Source: Mobula hypostoma
Taxonomy: Eukaryota
Direction: 5' to 3'
Length of the DNA stretch: 64,000 nt
Assembly: GCF_963921235.1 (NCBI RefSeq)
Contig: NC_086097.1
Location: 31,560,001-31,624,000, forward strand
Numbering within the stretch: the stretch's first letter is position 1; each line of letters begins with the position of its first letter. Below are positions 12,590 through 26,441 of this stretch, one piece after another. A program made the position numbers and the translations under genes. The notes below the pieces were generated by a model, which saw nothing but the letters and a program-made list of their open reading frames with translations, made no database searches and was not told the origin of the DNA.

Positions 12590-13021
12590 TGTACAACAAA
12601 CTCATTCGTAAGGCCAGTGATGTTGTGGGGATGGAACTGGACTCTCTGATGGTGGTGTCTGAAAAGAGGATGCTGTCCAAGTTACATGACATCTTGGACA
12701 ATGTCTCCCATCCACTACGTAATGTACTGGTTGGGCACAGGAGTACATTCAGCCAGAGACTCATTCCACCGAGATGCAACACAGAGCGTCATAGGAAGTC
12801 ATTCCTGCCTGTGGCCATCAAACTTTACAACTCCTCCCTTGGAGGGTTAGACACCCTGAGCCAATAGGCTGGTCCTGGACTTATATCCTGGCATAATTTA
12901 CATATTACTATTTAACTATTTATGGTTTTATTACTATTTAATTATTTATGGTGCAACTGTAACGAAAACCAATTTTCCCCGGGATCAATAAAGTATGACT
13001 ATGACTATGACTATGACTATT
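12590..13021 (+). mobile_element. 3' end of a Rex1/Babar-like LINE with AATAAA and a (TGACTA)n tail
   Basis: NKLIRKASDVVG...RHRKSFLPVAIKLYN, then aataaag and (tatgac)4. Confidence 0.7.
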
Positions 13022-13904
13022 GGTGTGTTCATTTGTTGTGCGCTGTGTCGTATGACATAGGTGATCATAGTCTTTCCTTGACCATGACTGTCCTTGGCAA
13101 ATTTTCCTACAGAAGTGATTTTGCCATTGCCTTGTCTGGGCAGTGTCTTTACCAGACGGGTGACCCCAGCAATTATCAACACTCTTCAGAGATTGTCTGC
13201 CTGGCGTAAGTGGTCACGTAACCAGGACTTGTGATGTACGCCGGCTACTCATACAACCATCCACCACCTGCTCCCATGGCTTCATTTGACCCTGATTGCA
13301 GGGGGCGGGGGGTTGTTGTGGAGGGGCTAAGCAAAGCTACACCTTGCCCAGGGCTAGCGGAGAGAAGGAGCGCCTTGCACTCCTTTGGCAGAGACCTATC
13401 TCCACCCTGCCACCCCATGGAGTGTAAGATAGGGTAAATACAAGCAGGCTTTTTCCACTGAGGTTGGGTGAGACTAAAACTAGAGGTCATGTAGGTTTAG
13501 AGTGAAAGGAGAAATATTTAAGGAGAACCTGACTTGGAATTTCTTCACTCAGAGTTTGGTGGAACAAGCTGCCAGTGGAACTGGTGGATATAGGAATCCT
13601 GGCTGTCATTCTCCCTGTCTTAATGCCAGTTAACCCAGCACCCAGAACACAAGCCCACACCAGAAGGTTCAGCATGAGTGAGGTTCCCTGACAGAGCGCA
13701 ACACCTCCAACATCACACAGTGTGCACTGGTAGGTTCGAATCCCACACCAGGCAGGTACAAGCTAAGGTGGAGCAGAGGAAGACTTTCATATCCAGCAAC
13801 ATCATGTAACAGATGGTGTTACTGTAATATAGTCTGACGTTAGATGTGCATTTAGAGCTGTTCAAAATCATTGATACAGAGGAGGAAAAAGATGCAGAGA
13901 AGCT

Positions 13905-14077
13905 ACACAGAGAGCGTGAGAGAGGGAGAGATGGACAGATAGGGATAGATAGAGGAGGAAGAGACAGAGAGACTGGAGAGAAAGAGAGAGACAAAGAGGA
14001 GAGGGAAGGGAAAGAGAGAGAGAGAGTCAGAGAGAAGAAAGGGGAGAGAGAAAGAGAAAGAGGGAGAAGGGGGGGTT
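13905..14077. repeat. Purine-rich (GA/GAGG) low-complexity tract
   Basis: Directly visible. Confidence 0.9.
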
Positions 14078-14323
14078 AAAGAATGTGGGTACATCATGGA
14101 GACACATGGAGATTAGAGGAGATAGCCAGATTTTATACAAGAAATTGTACTCAGTTATTTTCCGAAAGTCATAAAATGCAGGGAGGACAAGGATGAGAAA
14201 GTGTGGGCAGAGAACCTGTTGCGACTACACACACAACATTGACACATGCAATGAAACTGTATACTGAGCGAGTGGAGATGCAGAAACATGTCCGAGGTTT
14301 AATTTTGAGCAGTTATAACTCAC

Positions 14324-14474
14324 CGCAGCACCAGTTCCTGGCAGAGAACAGCTTGTCTTTACAGAGACGGCAGTTCACCAGCGATGTTCTCCAGATTCTG
14401 AGCAGCCCCTTCACCAGAAACCAAACTTCCACCCACCTCACACAGCACACGGGCAGCCCGTAACCCGTGGCAAC
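14324..14474 (-). promoter_or_regulatory. Candidate AKAP5 upstream non-coding exon or promoter with an RFX X-box
   Basis: Non-repetitive-looking island; donor CG|GTGAGT at 14324/14323; X-box-like GTAACCCGTGGCAAC at 14460-14474. Confidence 0.3.
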
Positions 14475-16189
14475 CGCCAGTCACAGACAGCAGCCACCAC
14501 TTGCTTCAAACTTACTCAAAGTACAATATTAATATTACATTACTGGGCAGCTGTGTAACGCACACATCACCGACCTGCGCCTGCAGAGGACAGGCTGAAG
14601 GTGTTAGCGATAATGAATTCATTTGGCTCTCTCTGTAAACTAATAGGTATTAAGTATTGGGTTATCATTGTCCCATGTGCCAAGATACAGTGAAAAGCTT
14701 GTCTTTTATACTGATCATACAGAAGAAATCATTAAACAGAGCATTGAGGTAGAACAAGGCAAAAAATAACAATACAGAATAAAGTGTAAAACCTACAGTA
14801 CAGGTAAACTATAAGGTGCAAGATCATAATGAGATAGACTGTGAGGCCAAGAGTCCTTCTTATGGTACAACAGTCTTATAACAAGGGATAGAAGCTGTGC
14901 TTTAGTTTGGTGGTACAGACAGAAAATGCCTGTGGCGGGTGGGGTCTTTGATTACGTTGGTTGTTTTATTGGATTCCGAGAAGTGTAGACAAAGTCCATG
15001 CAGGGGGAGGCTGACTGCTGCGACGTGCCTGAGCTATGAACACAACTCTCTGCAGTCTCTTGTGGTCTTGGCAGAGCAGTTGCCATACCAAGCTCTCATA
15101 CATCCAGATAGGACGTTTTCTATGGTGCATTGATAAAAATTGGTAAGATCGACAGGGACGTTTCAAATTGCTTTAGCCTCCTGAGCTGCCAATGAACTTT
15201 CTTGGCTGTGACATCAACATGGTTGGACCAGGGAGTACTTCCACTGGATTCTGGACATCCTCTCTCATTGAGGCAGGGAAAGAATGGTAGGGTGAAAGAA
15301 CCATGAGATATGAAAGGGATGTGGAACGTCTAGTCAAGAGGAAGAAAGAAGCATATTTAAGGTTTAGCAGGACTCAGGCAGGGCTCTTGAGACCTACAAG
15401 GTAGTCAGGAAGGAGCTTAAGAAGGAACTTCAAAGACCCAGAGGGCACACGAGAAGGCCTTGTTGAGTAGGATTAAGGAAAACCTCAAGGCATTCTACAC
15501 ATACATGAAAAACAGGAGGATGACTGGAGTGAGAGTAAGACTGTTCAGAGAAAAAGTGGCATTATGCCTGGAGTAGGAGGAAGTAGGTGAGGTCTTTAAT
15601 GAGTAATTTGCTTTAACATTCACTGGTGAGGGGGACTTTGACAAATGTGAGAATAGCATTGAACAGGCTAATATGCTGAAACATGTCAAGGTTAAGAAAG
15701 AGAATGTTGTAGAACTTTAGAAAGGATGGACCCGGACAGGACATATCACAGGTTACTAAGCAATGCTAGGGAAGAGATTGCACGTGGCAAGGTTCCCCAT
15801 GGTAGGCTCATTCAGAAGGTCAGGAGGCATGGAAACCAGGGAAGCTTGGATGCATGGATACAGAACTGGGATGCCCACAGAAGGCCCAGGGCGGCAGTAG
15901 ATGGAGCAGATGCTGCCTGGAGATCGGTGATCAGTGGTGTTCCACAGGGACCTGTTCTGGGTTCCCTGCTCTTTGTGATTTTTATAAATGTCCAGTACAC
16001 AGGTGTCAAGGAGAATGAAATAATTGTTTCTCCAGGTCCAATGCAGCACAAAAAAAACACTGTAAAAGCACAATAATAACAACACAATAAATATAAATAC
16101 ATAAGATAGCTTATATACAGAGATTGATTGTATGTCCAGAAAGTACGCTGGGCACAGGAGTGTCTGTACGTAAGGCGACTGACAGGAAA

Positions 16190-17640
16190 TGATAAAGTAG
16201 TGGTGGTGGGGTGGAGGTGTTAACCAGCCTTACTTGTTGGGGAAAATAACCATTTTTGAGTCTGATGGTTCTGGCACGGATGCTGTGTAACCTCCTGTCT
16301 GCTGGGTGTGGGTCAATCAGTCCATGAGCAGGGTGGGCAGGACCCTTCAGGATATTGTTGGGCTTTCTCTGGCACCTTTCCTTGATGGCGGGTAAGCTGG
16401 TGCCAGTGATGTGTTGGGCAGTTCTGAGTGCCCGCTGTAGAGCTTTCCTGTCCACCGAGTGCAGTTTCTGTGCCATGCACCGCTGCAGCATGTTAGGAAG
16501 CTCTCTACTGCGCATCTGTAAACGGACATACTTTATACTTCCTTTATACTTCATTGTCGCCAAACAATTGGTACTAGAATGTACAATCATCACAGCGATA
16601 TTTGATTCTGCGCTTCACACTCCCTGGATTACAAATATTAAATATTAAAGATATTAAAAATAATTAAAATTAGTAAATATTAAAAATTTAAATTATAAAT
16701 CATAAATAGAAAAGAGAGTATTGATGTGTAAGGTCCAGCTCCAGCTCTCTTCACTCTCCTCAGAAAATGGAGGTGTTGATGAGCTTTCTTGATCATGAGG
16801 AATTTCTTGATTGTCCTGGGACCATGAGAGGCTGTGTGGGATGTGCACCCCCAGGAGTTTGAACTGCTCGCGGTTTCCACTGCAATGCTGCTGATGTAAA
16901 GAGGGGTGTGAGTGGTGCAAGTTCTCCTTAAGTTGACAACCATCTCCTTTGTCTTATTGACATTGAGGAAGAAGTTATTTGTCTAGCACCAGGCCTTGAG
17001 CTCTTCCACTTCCCACCTCTAGGCCGTCTCATCGTTGTTGGTGATGAGCCTCATCACTGTCGTGTCACTGGCGAAGTTGACAGTGTGATTACTCGGGTGT
17101 TTGGCTGTGTGGTCGTGTGTGAGCAGAGCGTGCAGCACTGGGCTCAGTACACAGCCCTGGGAGGTGCCCGTGCTGAGGATGAGGAGGAGGGAGCAGCGAT
17201 CGTGCATCCTGACTGTCTGAGATCTGTTGGGTAGGAAGTCCGACACCCGGTTGCACAGTGATGCATTTAGACAAAGGAGTAGGAGTTTGTTCACCACATT
17301 CTGTGGAACAACAGTGTTGAACGCTGAAACTGGAATCCAGAAACAGCGTCCTGACACAAGTGTCCGTGTTTTCCAGGTGTGCCCAGGCTGTGGCATCTGT
17401 TGTAGAGCGGTTCTGTCGGTAAGCATGTTGGGGAGTGTCCATTGTGACAGGAATGGAGTTTTTGATTTGTGTCATTGCCAGCCATTCAAAGCACTTCACG
17501 ATGATTGGTGTCAGTGTCACCGGCTAGTGGTTGTTTCATAGAGGGTTGTTTGGTACAGGGATGATGGTGGCTGATTTGAAGCATGTGGAGACAGCATCCT
17601 GGATGAGTGAAACGTTGAAGATATCTGTGAAGACATCATT
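16190..17640 (-). mobile_element. Degenerate Rex1/Babar-like LINE, interrupted by an AT-rich stretch (~16530-16715)
   Basis: AYRQNRSTTDA, SAFNTVVP, GTSQGCVLSP and KKAHQHLHFLRR remnants. Confidence 0.7.
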
Positions 17641-19972
17641 TTTGTGGATAGTGTGGAGGACTGTTACAACGGGACAGTGATAGGATGCAGAACTGGGCTG
17701 GGAAGTGGCAGATGGAGTTCAGTCTGGAAAAGTGTGAAATGATTGACTTTGGAAGGTCGAAGACAGAGTACAGGGTTAATGGCAGGATTCTTAGCAGTTA
17801 GGAGGAACAGAGGGATCTTGGGGTCCATGTCTGTAAATCCCTCAAAGATCCCACACAAGTTAATAAGGTAGTTATGGTGTTTTGGCCTTTGCTAGTTGTA
17901 GAATTGAGTTCAGGAGCCATGGGGCAACGTTGCAGCTCTATAAAACCCTGGTTAGACCACACTTGGAGTATTGTTTTCAGTTCTGGTTGCCTCATTATAG
18001 AAAGGACACAGAAGCTTTACAAAGCATGCAGAGATTTACCAGGGTGCTGTCTAGATTAGAGAGCATGTCTAATGAGGAAAAGGTTGAGTGAGCTAGGGCT
18101 TTTGTCTTTGAATAGAACTGGGCTATTCTAACCACAGCTGCCTGTGGCAATGAACTCTGCAGACTCAGCAGCTTCTGGCTAAAGAAATTCCTCTTCACCT
18201 CTGTTCTGAAGGGACAACCCGTTCTGAGGCTGTGCTCTCTGGCATAGGCTCATGTGACAGAGTCCCTACCACAAACATTCCAGCCAAGAACTGTCACCAA
18301 GGAATGAGCCCACCCACCTACTCCTAACATTTACTGACATTCACATTGCCTCCATCCAGTCCCTGAAGGGTTAATGGTGACCAGAAGGCTGTTATCACAC
18401 TGTGGTGTGTGTGCTTGCCATCATGTCTTCTATGTTTCAGCAGTGGTTAACAGAAGACCATCAGTGACTGCACCACACCTGAGCAGGTTAAAGCTGCTAC
18501 ACTTGCCCAGTGAAATATCAGAGAGAGTTGAGAGGGTAATTGTGCAGAACACTGACTGCCGAGACAAAGTGCTGGTCCCAAGTTCCATCCTTGTATTTCT
18601 CCAGGTTTTCAGGGTGGCAAAGGGTACTAATTCCACACGCGCTCTCATCACCAATGTCGGAACGTAGCCAAGGCGACCCCTGTGACCGCGTGTAATGTTT
18701 GCTGTCAGGGAACTGCAGGTTAATATTCTCTGGATGGGTTCAATAGAAGGAAGAATTAACGTCTGGAAACTTCTCACCCTTCGCTCGCCCAGCCTATCCT
18801 CGAAAGACATGCTCTCCAATCCAAGGCAGCATCCTGGTAAATCTTCTCTACACTGTCTCTAAAGCTGCCACATCCTTCCTATAATGAAGCAACTGGAACT
18901 GAACACAATATTCCGTGTGGCCTAACTATGGTTTTATAGAGCTGCAACATTTCCTTGTGGCTCTTGCACTCAATCCCCCGACTAATAAAAGCCAACACAC
19001 TATAGAAATTCTTAACTACCAAAACAACTTGTGTGGTAACTTTGAGGGAGTAATGGACATGGATAGGAAAGGTTTAGAAGGATATGGGCCTAGCATAGAT
19101 GGGCATATTGGTCAGCATGGATGAGCCTGTGACCTGATTTCCTCTTCTGCACCCTCTCCATAGCTTCCAAATCCTTCCAGTAATACGACAGGGTCCACGG
19201 CAAGGAATTGCTCTCAAATTTGCCTCATTTCAAAACTTCATCATCTCTCTGTAGATTTGCAATTCACACTTAGGTTAAAACCTGTTAATTATGCACTGTT
19301 CAAGTCTCAAGTCTGTCTCTCTCACTGTCTAACCACACACACTGTATCGGAAGTGTTTGTACTAAGCAGATCACATTATAAATTGCTGAACACCCTGTTA
19401 CAGTTTGGAGTATCTGAACATGTCTTGGAAACATTCTGTAGCCCTCGAGATCCTGAACATGAATCGCTCCATCGCCTGTGCTGTTGGCCCTAGAGTCACA
19501 GAGCACTACAGCACAGAAACAGGCCTTTCAGCCCATCCAGTCCATGCTGGCCTGTTTTCTGCCCAGTCCCAGCTACCTGAACCCAGACCACAGACCTCCA
19601 TACCCCTCATCCATGCACCTATCCAAGCTTCTCTGAAAGGGAGAGGTTTAGAGGTGATGTTAGGGGCAAGTTTTTCTACCCAGAGATTGGCGGGTAGCTG
19701 GAAAAGATACCAGCAGTTTGGTGAAAACGGGCAGTTTGGTGGAGTTTAAAAGGCTTAGATAGACCCAGGAATATGAAGGGAATGGGCGATACGGATAATA
19801 CACAGGAGGAGAACAGTTAGTGTAAAGTGGCATCAGGACTGGTCTGTTCACTGCTGCTGTGTTTTATGTTCCATGCCTGGACTTAGTGGGAACACCACAT
19901 CTACTGAGACCTCTGCACTCTGTGGGAGCTTAACAACATTGGCATCTCCTGACGCTCCCCATATCTAAGGAA

Positions 19973-20309
19973 CAATGTCCCTTCTAAGCTGTGCACACTC
20001 ACACATCTTTTGCTACTAGTGCACAAAGGAATTTAAACTGTGCTCAAACGGTTATCACTCTCTACCTCATTGGCATGCTAAGTGTATTTCATAATTGTAC
20101 CCATTCATATTTCCTTCTCCGGTTCTGATGTGGATGGTGTTGACAACATGGAGTTTGTGATGATTTGTCTGCAGATTTTAGAACTGGCTTATTTATACTG
20201 TTTTTATTGAAGAAGTTATTCACTGCGCCATGTTGTTGTCACCAGGCAAAACGTTGCACAGCACAAGATTTTTGCACATACTGGTCATTACAAATTAGAG
20301 GGAACATTG
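19973..20309. mobile_element. Shorter copy (337 bp) of the same hAT MITE family
   Basis: Same TIRs (left one degenerate) and shared subterminal sequence; 8-bp TSD CTAAGGAA / CTAAAGAA (7/8). Confidence 0.85.
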
Positions 20310-21865
20310 CTAAAGAAGGACATTCTTCTTCATTGTTCCTCTGGTCTACAACACTCTAGGGCAGGACTTACTCAGTAAAGGACAGGTCTCTGGGGATAGC
20401 TGTTAAACAGACCTAGTGCTACATAGAACATACCCCTAGGTCTGTTCAACAACACAGGAGTTTGCTGTGTCACTAAAGACACTTGCAAATTTCTACAGAT
20501 CTACCATGGGGAGAATTCTAACTGGCTGCATCACCGTCTGTTATGGAGGGGCCACCACACAGGATCAGAAAGAGCTACAGAAGGTTGTAAACTCAGACAG
20601 CTCCATCACGGGCAGCAGACTCCCCAGTTTCTCCGACACCTTCAAAAGGCAATGCCTCGAAAAGGTGGCATCCATCATTAAGGACCCCCATCACCCGGAA
20701 CGTGCCCTCTTCACTTTGAGGAGGTGCAGGAGTCTGAAGATACACACTCAATGTTTCTTAACAGCTTCTTCTCCCTCCACCATCAGAGTTCTGAATGGAC
20801 AATGAACCCATGAACACTAATTCAGTATTTTTCTCTTTTTCCTCTACTTATTTTGTTATCTATACTTGTTGTAGTTTATAATTTTTATTGCTAAGTATTG
20901 CAATGCTGCAGCAAAACAACAAAATTAATGACATATTCCAGTGATACTAAATCTGAGGGCAGCAGGGTACAGGCCTTCGACCCACTTTATTATATGTTGT
21001 GTTGACCTTTTAATCTACTCTAAAATCAATCTAACTTTCCCTCCCACAGAGTCCTCCATTTTTCTTTCATCTGTGTGCTTATGTAAGAGTCTCTTAACTG
21101 TCCATAATGTATCTGCCTCTATCATGACCCCTGGCAGCACTTTCCAGATATTCAGCGCTCTCTGTGTAAAACAATCTACCTCTGATATCCCCCCTACACC
21201 TTCCTCCAAGCACCTTGACATTATGCCCTCTCATATTGGCGATTTTTGTCCTGGGAAATTGTCTCTAGCTATCCACTCTATCTAAGTCGCCTATCTTGTG
21301 CACCTCTATCAAGTCACCTTTTATCCTCATCTCCAAAGAGAAAAGCTGTAGCTTGCTCAACCTATCCTCATAAAACATGCTCTCTAATCCAGGCAGCATC
21401 CTGGTAAATCTCCTCTGCACCCTCTCTAAAGCTGCCACATCCTTCCTATAATGAGGTGACCAAAATGGAACACAATATTCCAAATGTGGCCTAACCAGGG
21501 CTTTATAGAGCTGCAACATTACTTCACAGCTCTTGAACTCAACCTCTCGCCTAATGAATGCTAACGCACCACGTGCCTTCTTAATCGCCCTATCAACTTG
21601 CGTGGCAACTTTGCAGGATCTATGGACGTGGATCCAAAGTACAGACACATTGTTTGCTGAAAGTGGCGACACAGGTAGACAGGGCAGTGAAGAAGAGACT
21701 TAGCATGCTGGCTTTATTGATCAGAATACTGAGCACGTTATATTATGGTTGTACAGGACATTGATCAGACCACATTTGTTGTACTGTGTACAGTTTTGGT
21801 CATACCCAGTTAGGAAGGACGGCATTAAACTGAAGAGGGAACAAAAAAGATGTTACTAGGATATT

Positions 21866-22528
21866 TCAAAACGCAAACACGAGGAAATCTGCAGATGCTG
21901 GAACTTCAAGCAACACACATAAAAGTTGCTGTTGAATGCAGAGAAAACAGGATCTCCCAGTGGCCACACATTTTAATTCCACGTCCCATTCTCATTCTGA
22001 TATGTCTATCCACGGCCTCCTCTACTGTAAAGATGAAGCCACACTCAGGTTGGAGGAACAACACCTTACATTCCGTCTGGGTAGCCTCCAACTTGATGGC
22101 ATGAACATTGACTTCTCAAACTTCCGCTAATGCCCCACCTCCCCCTCGTACCCCATCCATTATTTATTTATTTATATACACACATTCTTTCTCTCTCTCT
22201 CCTTTTTCTCCCTCTGTCCCTCTGACTATAACCCTTGCTCATCCTCTGGGTTTTTTTTCCCCTTCCCCCCTTTCCTTCTCCCTGGGCCTCCTGTCCCATG
22301 ATCCTCTCATATCCCTTTTGCCAATCACCTGTCCAGCTCTTGGCTCCATCCCTCCCACTCCCGTCTTCTCCTATCATTTTGGATCTCCCCCTCCCCCCCC
22401 CACTTTCAAATCTCTTACTAACTCTTCCTTCAGTTAGTCCTGACGAAGGGTCTCAGCCTGAAATGTCGACTGTACCTCTTCCTGGAGATGCTGCCTGGCC
22501 TGCTGTGTTCACCAGCAACTTTGATGTG
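21866..22528 (+). mobile_element. 5'-truncated Penelope-like element with a short inverted 5' terminus, inserted in a CR1 fragment
   Basis: GIY-YIG C-terminus DLPVATHFN...LRLEEQHLTFRLGSLQ; flanking direct repeat TGTTACTAGGATATT at 21851-21865 and 22529-22543. Confidence 0.85.
22435..22472 (+). ncRNA. Minimal hammerhead-like motif in a Penelope 3' end
   Basis: TAGTC-CTGACGA-AGG gtctcag CCT-GAAAT-GTC-GACTG, with a GUC cleavage triplet. Confidence 0.6.
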
Positions 22529-23024
22529 TGTTACTAGGATATTGCTGGGTTACAAGGGGAAGTTGATGTTTTAATCTGGGGTATAGGAGGCTGAGTTTTG
22601 ACCTTACAGAGGTTTATAAAATCACCAGGGACAAAGATAAAGCAGATGGTCATGGACAGTCTTTTCCCCAGGGCAGGGAAGTCTAAAACCAGAGAACATG
22701 AAAGGTCTCGGTCTGAAATGTCGACTGTTTATTCTCCTCCATAGACGCTGCCTGACCTACTGAGTTCCTCCAGCATGTTGTGTGTTGCACAGGTTTAAAG
22801 TCAGAGTGAGGAAGATTTAAAAGAGACCTGAGGCCAGCTTTTTCCACACAGAAGATGGTGGGTAGACAGAAAGAGCTGCCGGAAGGAGGTAGCAGAGGCA
22901 ATTACAACATTTGGACCAGATACATGGGTAGGAAAGGTTCAGAGGATTATGAAGGGCAAACAGGAGCAGATCAGGTAGGCAATTTGGTCCGTATGGACTA
23001 GTCAGCTAAAGGGCCTGCTTCTCC

Positions 23025-24030
23025 CACTGCCCCCGATGACCCTGTGAATTCAGTCTCTGTGGCCGACCTGAGAGCATCTTTCAGGAGGGTGAACCCACAG
23101 AAAGCATCTGGCCCAGACAGAGTACCTGGCCAAGTACTGAAGACCTGTGCTTCTCAGCTGGGTGGAGTGTTCATATCTTTAACCTCTCGCTTTGGTAGTC
23201 TGAGGTACCCACCTGCTTCAAGCAGGCTTCAATTATACTGATGCTGAAGAGGAATGTGGTAGCCTGCCTCAGAGACTATTGTCAATTCTCTTACATCCAC
23301 CGTGATGAAGAGCTTTCAGAGGCTGGTGGTGAAGCATGTCAACTCCTGCCTGAGGAGTGACTTGGATCCACACCAACTTGCCCTACCGTCACAACAGGTC
23401 TACAGCAGATGCCATTTCATTGACTCTTCACTCAACCCTGGAATATCATGAAGATGCGTTCATCAGGATGCTCTTTATCAACTACAGCTCGGTATTCAAT
23501 ACTATCATCCCCTCAGAACTAATCAATAAGCCCCAAGACCTTGGCCTCAATATCTCCTTGTGCATCTGGATCCTTGATTTCCTCACTTGCAGACCCCAGT
23601 GAGTTCAGATTGGCAGCAACATCTCTTCCACGATCTCCTTCAGCACAGGTGCACCACGAGGCTGTGAGCTTAGTCCCCTACTCTACTTGTTTTACACTTA
23701 TGACTGCGTGGCTAAGCACAGCTCCAATGCCATTTTCAAGCTTGCTGATTACACCACTGTCACAGGCCGAGCCAAAGGCAGCCACAGATCAGTATATAGG
23801 AGGGAGGTTGAAAATCTGGCTGAGTGATGCCATAACAAGAATCCCTCACTCAATGTTGGCAAAATCAATGAGATGATTATTGACCACAGGAGGAGAAAAC
23901 CAGGGGTTCAAGAGCCAGTCCTCATCAGAGGATCAGAGGTGGAGATGGCCAGCAGATTTAAATTCCCCCACGTTATCATTTCAGAGGGTCCAGCATGTAG
24001 GTGTCATTACAAAAACGGCATGGCAGCACT
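23025..24030 (+). mobile_element. Rex1/Babar-like LINE RT fragment; appears to continue at 26442-27055 after an insertion
   Basis: [21 protein letters not shown] and [16 protein letters not shown] motifs. Confidence 0.75.
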
Positions 24031-24499
24031 TTAGATCAGATTAAATTAGACTAGATTATGAGGACACTCAGTCCTCTTTTATTGTCATTTAGAAATGCAT
24101 GCATTAGAAAATGATACAATGTTCCTCCAGAATGATATCACAAGAAAACACAGGACAAACCAAGACTAAAACTTACAAAACCACATAATTCTAACATACA
24201 GTTACAACAGTGCAAAGTAATACCATAATTTGATAAAGAGCAGACCATGGGCACGGTAAAAAAAAAGTCTCAAAGTCCTGATAGACTCATCATCTCACGC
24301 CATGCCATGAACCTCCAAGCGCCACAAACTTGCCGATGCAGCACCGCAGGAAGCACCTGACCGCAGCGGACTCTGAGTCCATCCAAAAACTTCGAGCCTC
24401 TGACCAGCCCTCCGACACAGCCTCTCCGAGCACCATCCTCTGCCGAGCGCTTTGACACCACCCCAGCTGCCAAGCAACAAGCAAAACCGAGGACTCGGG

Positions 24500-26441
24500 G
24501 CCTTCTCATCCCAGACCTCCTTAGTCAGTTCTATACCCAATTCATCCACCCATGCCTGTTTAAAACCTGCAGTATTCACCCGAGCTTCATTATGTAGGAT
24601 CTGATAAAAATAGGATACCGCACTATGAGTAACAGGATCAAATTTATTTATTGCCTCCAGGGACTCACATTTGTCTAAAACTTCGAAGTTAGGTATATAT
24701 TTCTTAACATAATCTTGAATTTGTAAATATCTACAAAAAAACTAGATGCAAGAGATATTGTAAACTGCTTGTAATTGTGCAAATGAGGCAACGTTTCCAT
24801 TCATATATAGGTCACTTACACTGCAGATGCCTCTCTGTTTCCAGGTAGAAAAAACAGTATCAATCAGGCCAGGCAAAAAGGAATGATTGTCACAAATTGG
24901 AGAGTCAATGTAAGTTTCTGGGGCCTTAATGTGTAGTTGAATCTGCTTCCAAATTCTTATAGTGCTGCCAACCACGAAGCTGTTACTAAAATGTGACTTA
25001 AACTGCAGTGGGGCTATTAAGGAGAGCTGGTAAGGAAGTCTTCTTACAAAGCATTCGCTCTATGAGTAACCATGCTGGGCACGAGTCTGAGGTAGAGGGT
25101 GGGCCTTTTTTCCACCATGTAAGAATGGATAGGTGGGCAGTCCAGTAATACATTTTAATATTCGGTAGGGCAAAACCACCTGCTTCCTTGGGCTTTGACA
25201 AGTGTTTTTTAACAATTCTAATGGCTTTATAATGTCAAATGAAGGGTATAATAATTGAATCTAATTGCTTAAAATATGACAGAGGAATAAAACATGGAAT
25301 TGACTGAAGATGAAGAAATCATGGCAGTACAATCATCTTGATTGCGTTAACCCTCCCCACCAAAGAAATTGGAAGGGTTTTCCAAAGGTCAATATTGCGT
25401 TTAACTTACTCAACTTTGTTTCACCAATTCACTTGCATTGGGTCATCTGGGTTTTTTGTAATTAGGAAAAATTATCATATGTTATTTTAAAGGGAATGGA
25501 CTGTAAATACGCTGTATTAACCACTGCAGTGACTGGCATTAGTTCACTCTTATCCCAATTAATAGAGACACCTGAGAAATGACCAAAATTATTAATTAGA
25601 GTCAGAAGGGCGGGTATTGATGTTTGTGGGCTGGAGATATATAAAGGGACATTGTCAGCATATAACAAAAGGTGATGTTTATGTCCATGCATATCAATGG
25701 GAGATATCAAAGGGTCCTGTCTGATGCTAACAGCCAGTGGCTCAATGATAACTGCAAATGAAAATGGTGAAAGGGGGCAGCCTTGACGAGTCCCACGATA
25801 AATTGCAAAAGGGGAGGAAATATTCTGATTAGTGATAATAGAAGCAGATGGGTGTGAATAAATTATCTCAATTCATTTAATGAAAGATGGTCCAAATCCA
25901 AATTTCTTAAGTGCAAACATATATGGCCATTCTACTTGGTCAAACGCACATTGTGCATCTAATGAAATGATTACAGCCTCTTCTGCATGTTTTACATATA
26001 AAATATTGAAAAGACGACGCAAATTAAAATACATATGTCTACCTGGCATAAAGCCAGTTTGATCTGGATGAATAATAGAACAAATGCATTCTTTTAACCT
26101 ATTGGCCAGGACTTTCCCAAGAATTTTGGTTTCAATGGGCAGCAGCAAAATGGGGCAATATGATGAAACCACCTTGGCATCACGGCCTGGTTTTGGAATC
26201 AGAGACACATTGGCTTTACATAAAGTGGGTGGCAATCTGGAAGCTATCCTAGAGTGATTCAACATTTGTAAGAGTAGAGGTGACAATTTTGGACCAAGTA
26301 CTTTGAAGAATTCCATGCTAAAACCATCTGGACCTGCTGACTTATTATTGGGGAGGGAAGAGATGACCTTCCTGATCTCATCTAGGCTTATATCAGCATC
26401 AAGTGTATTTACTGAATCTGTTGACAGCGTGGGCAGATTAC
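24500..26441 (-). mobile_element. L1-clade LINE ORF2 fragment (AT-rich, frameshifted)
   Basis: GPDGFSMEFFK, LIPKPGRD, IHPDQTGFMPGR, ISLDAQCAFDQVEW, LYADN and GGFALPNIKMYYW motifs. Confidence 0.88.

Noticed and set aside
13025..13420. Possible HDV-like ribozyme in an RTE-derived repeat (GGCAATGGCAAAATCACTTC on the minus strand)
   Set aside because: I could not build a convincing nested double pseudoknot by eye; it needs a structure-based search.
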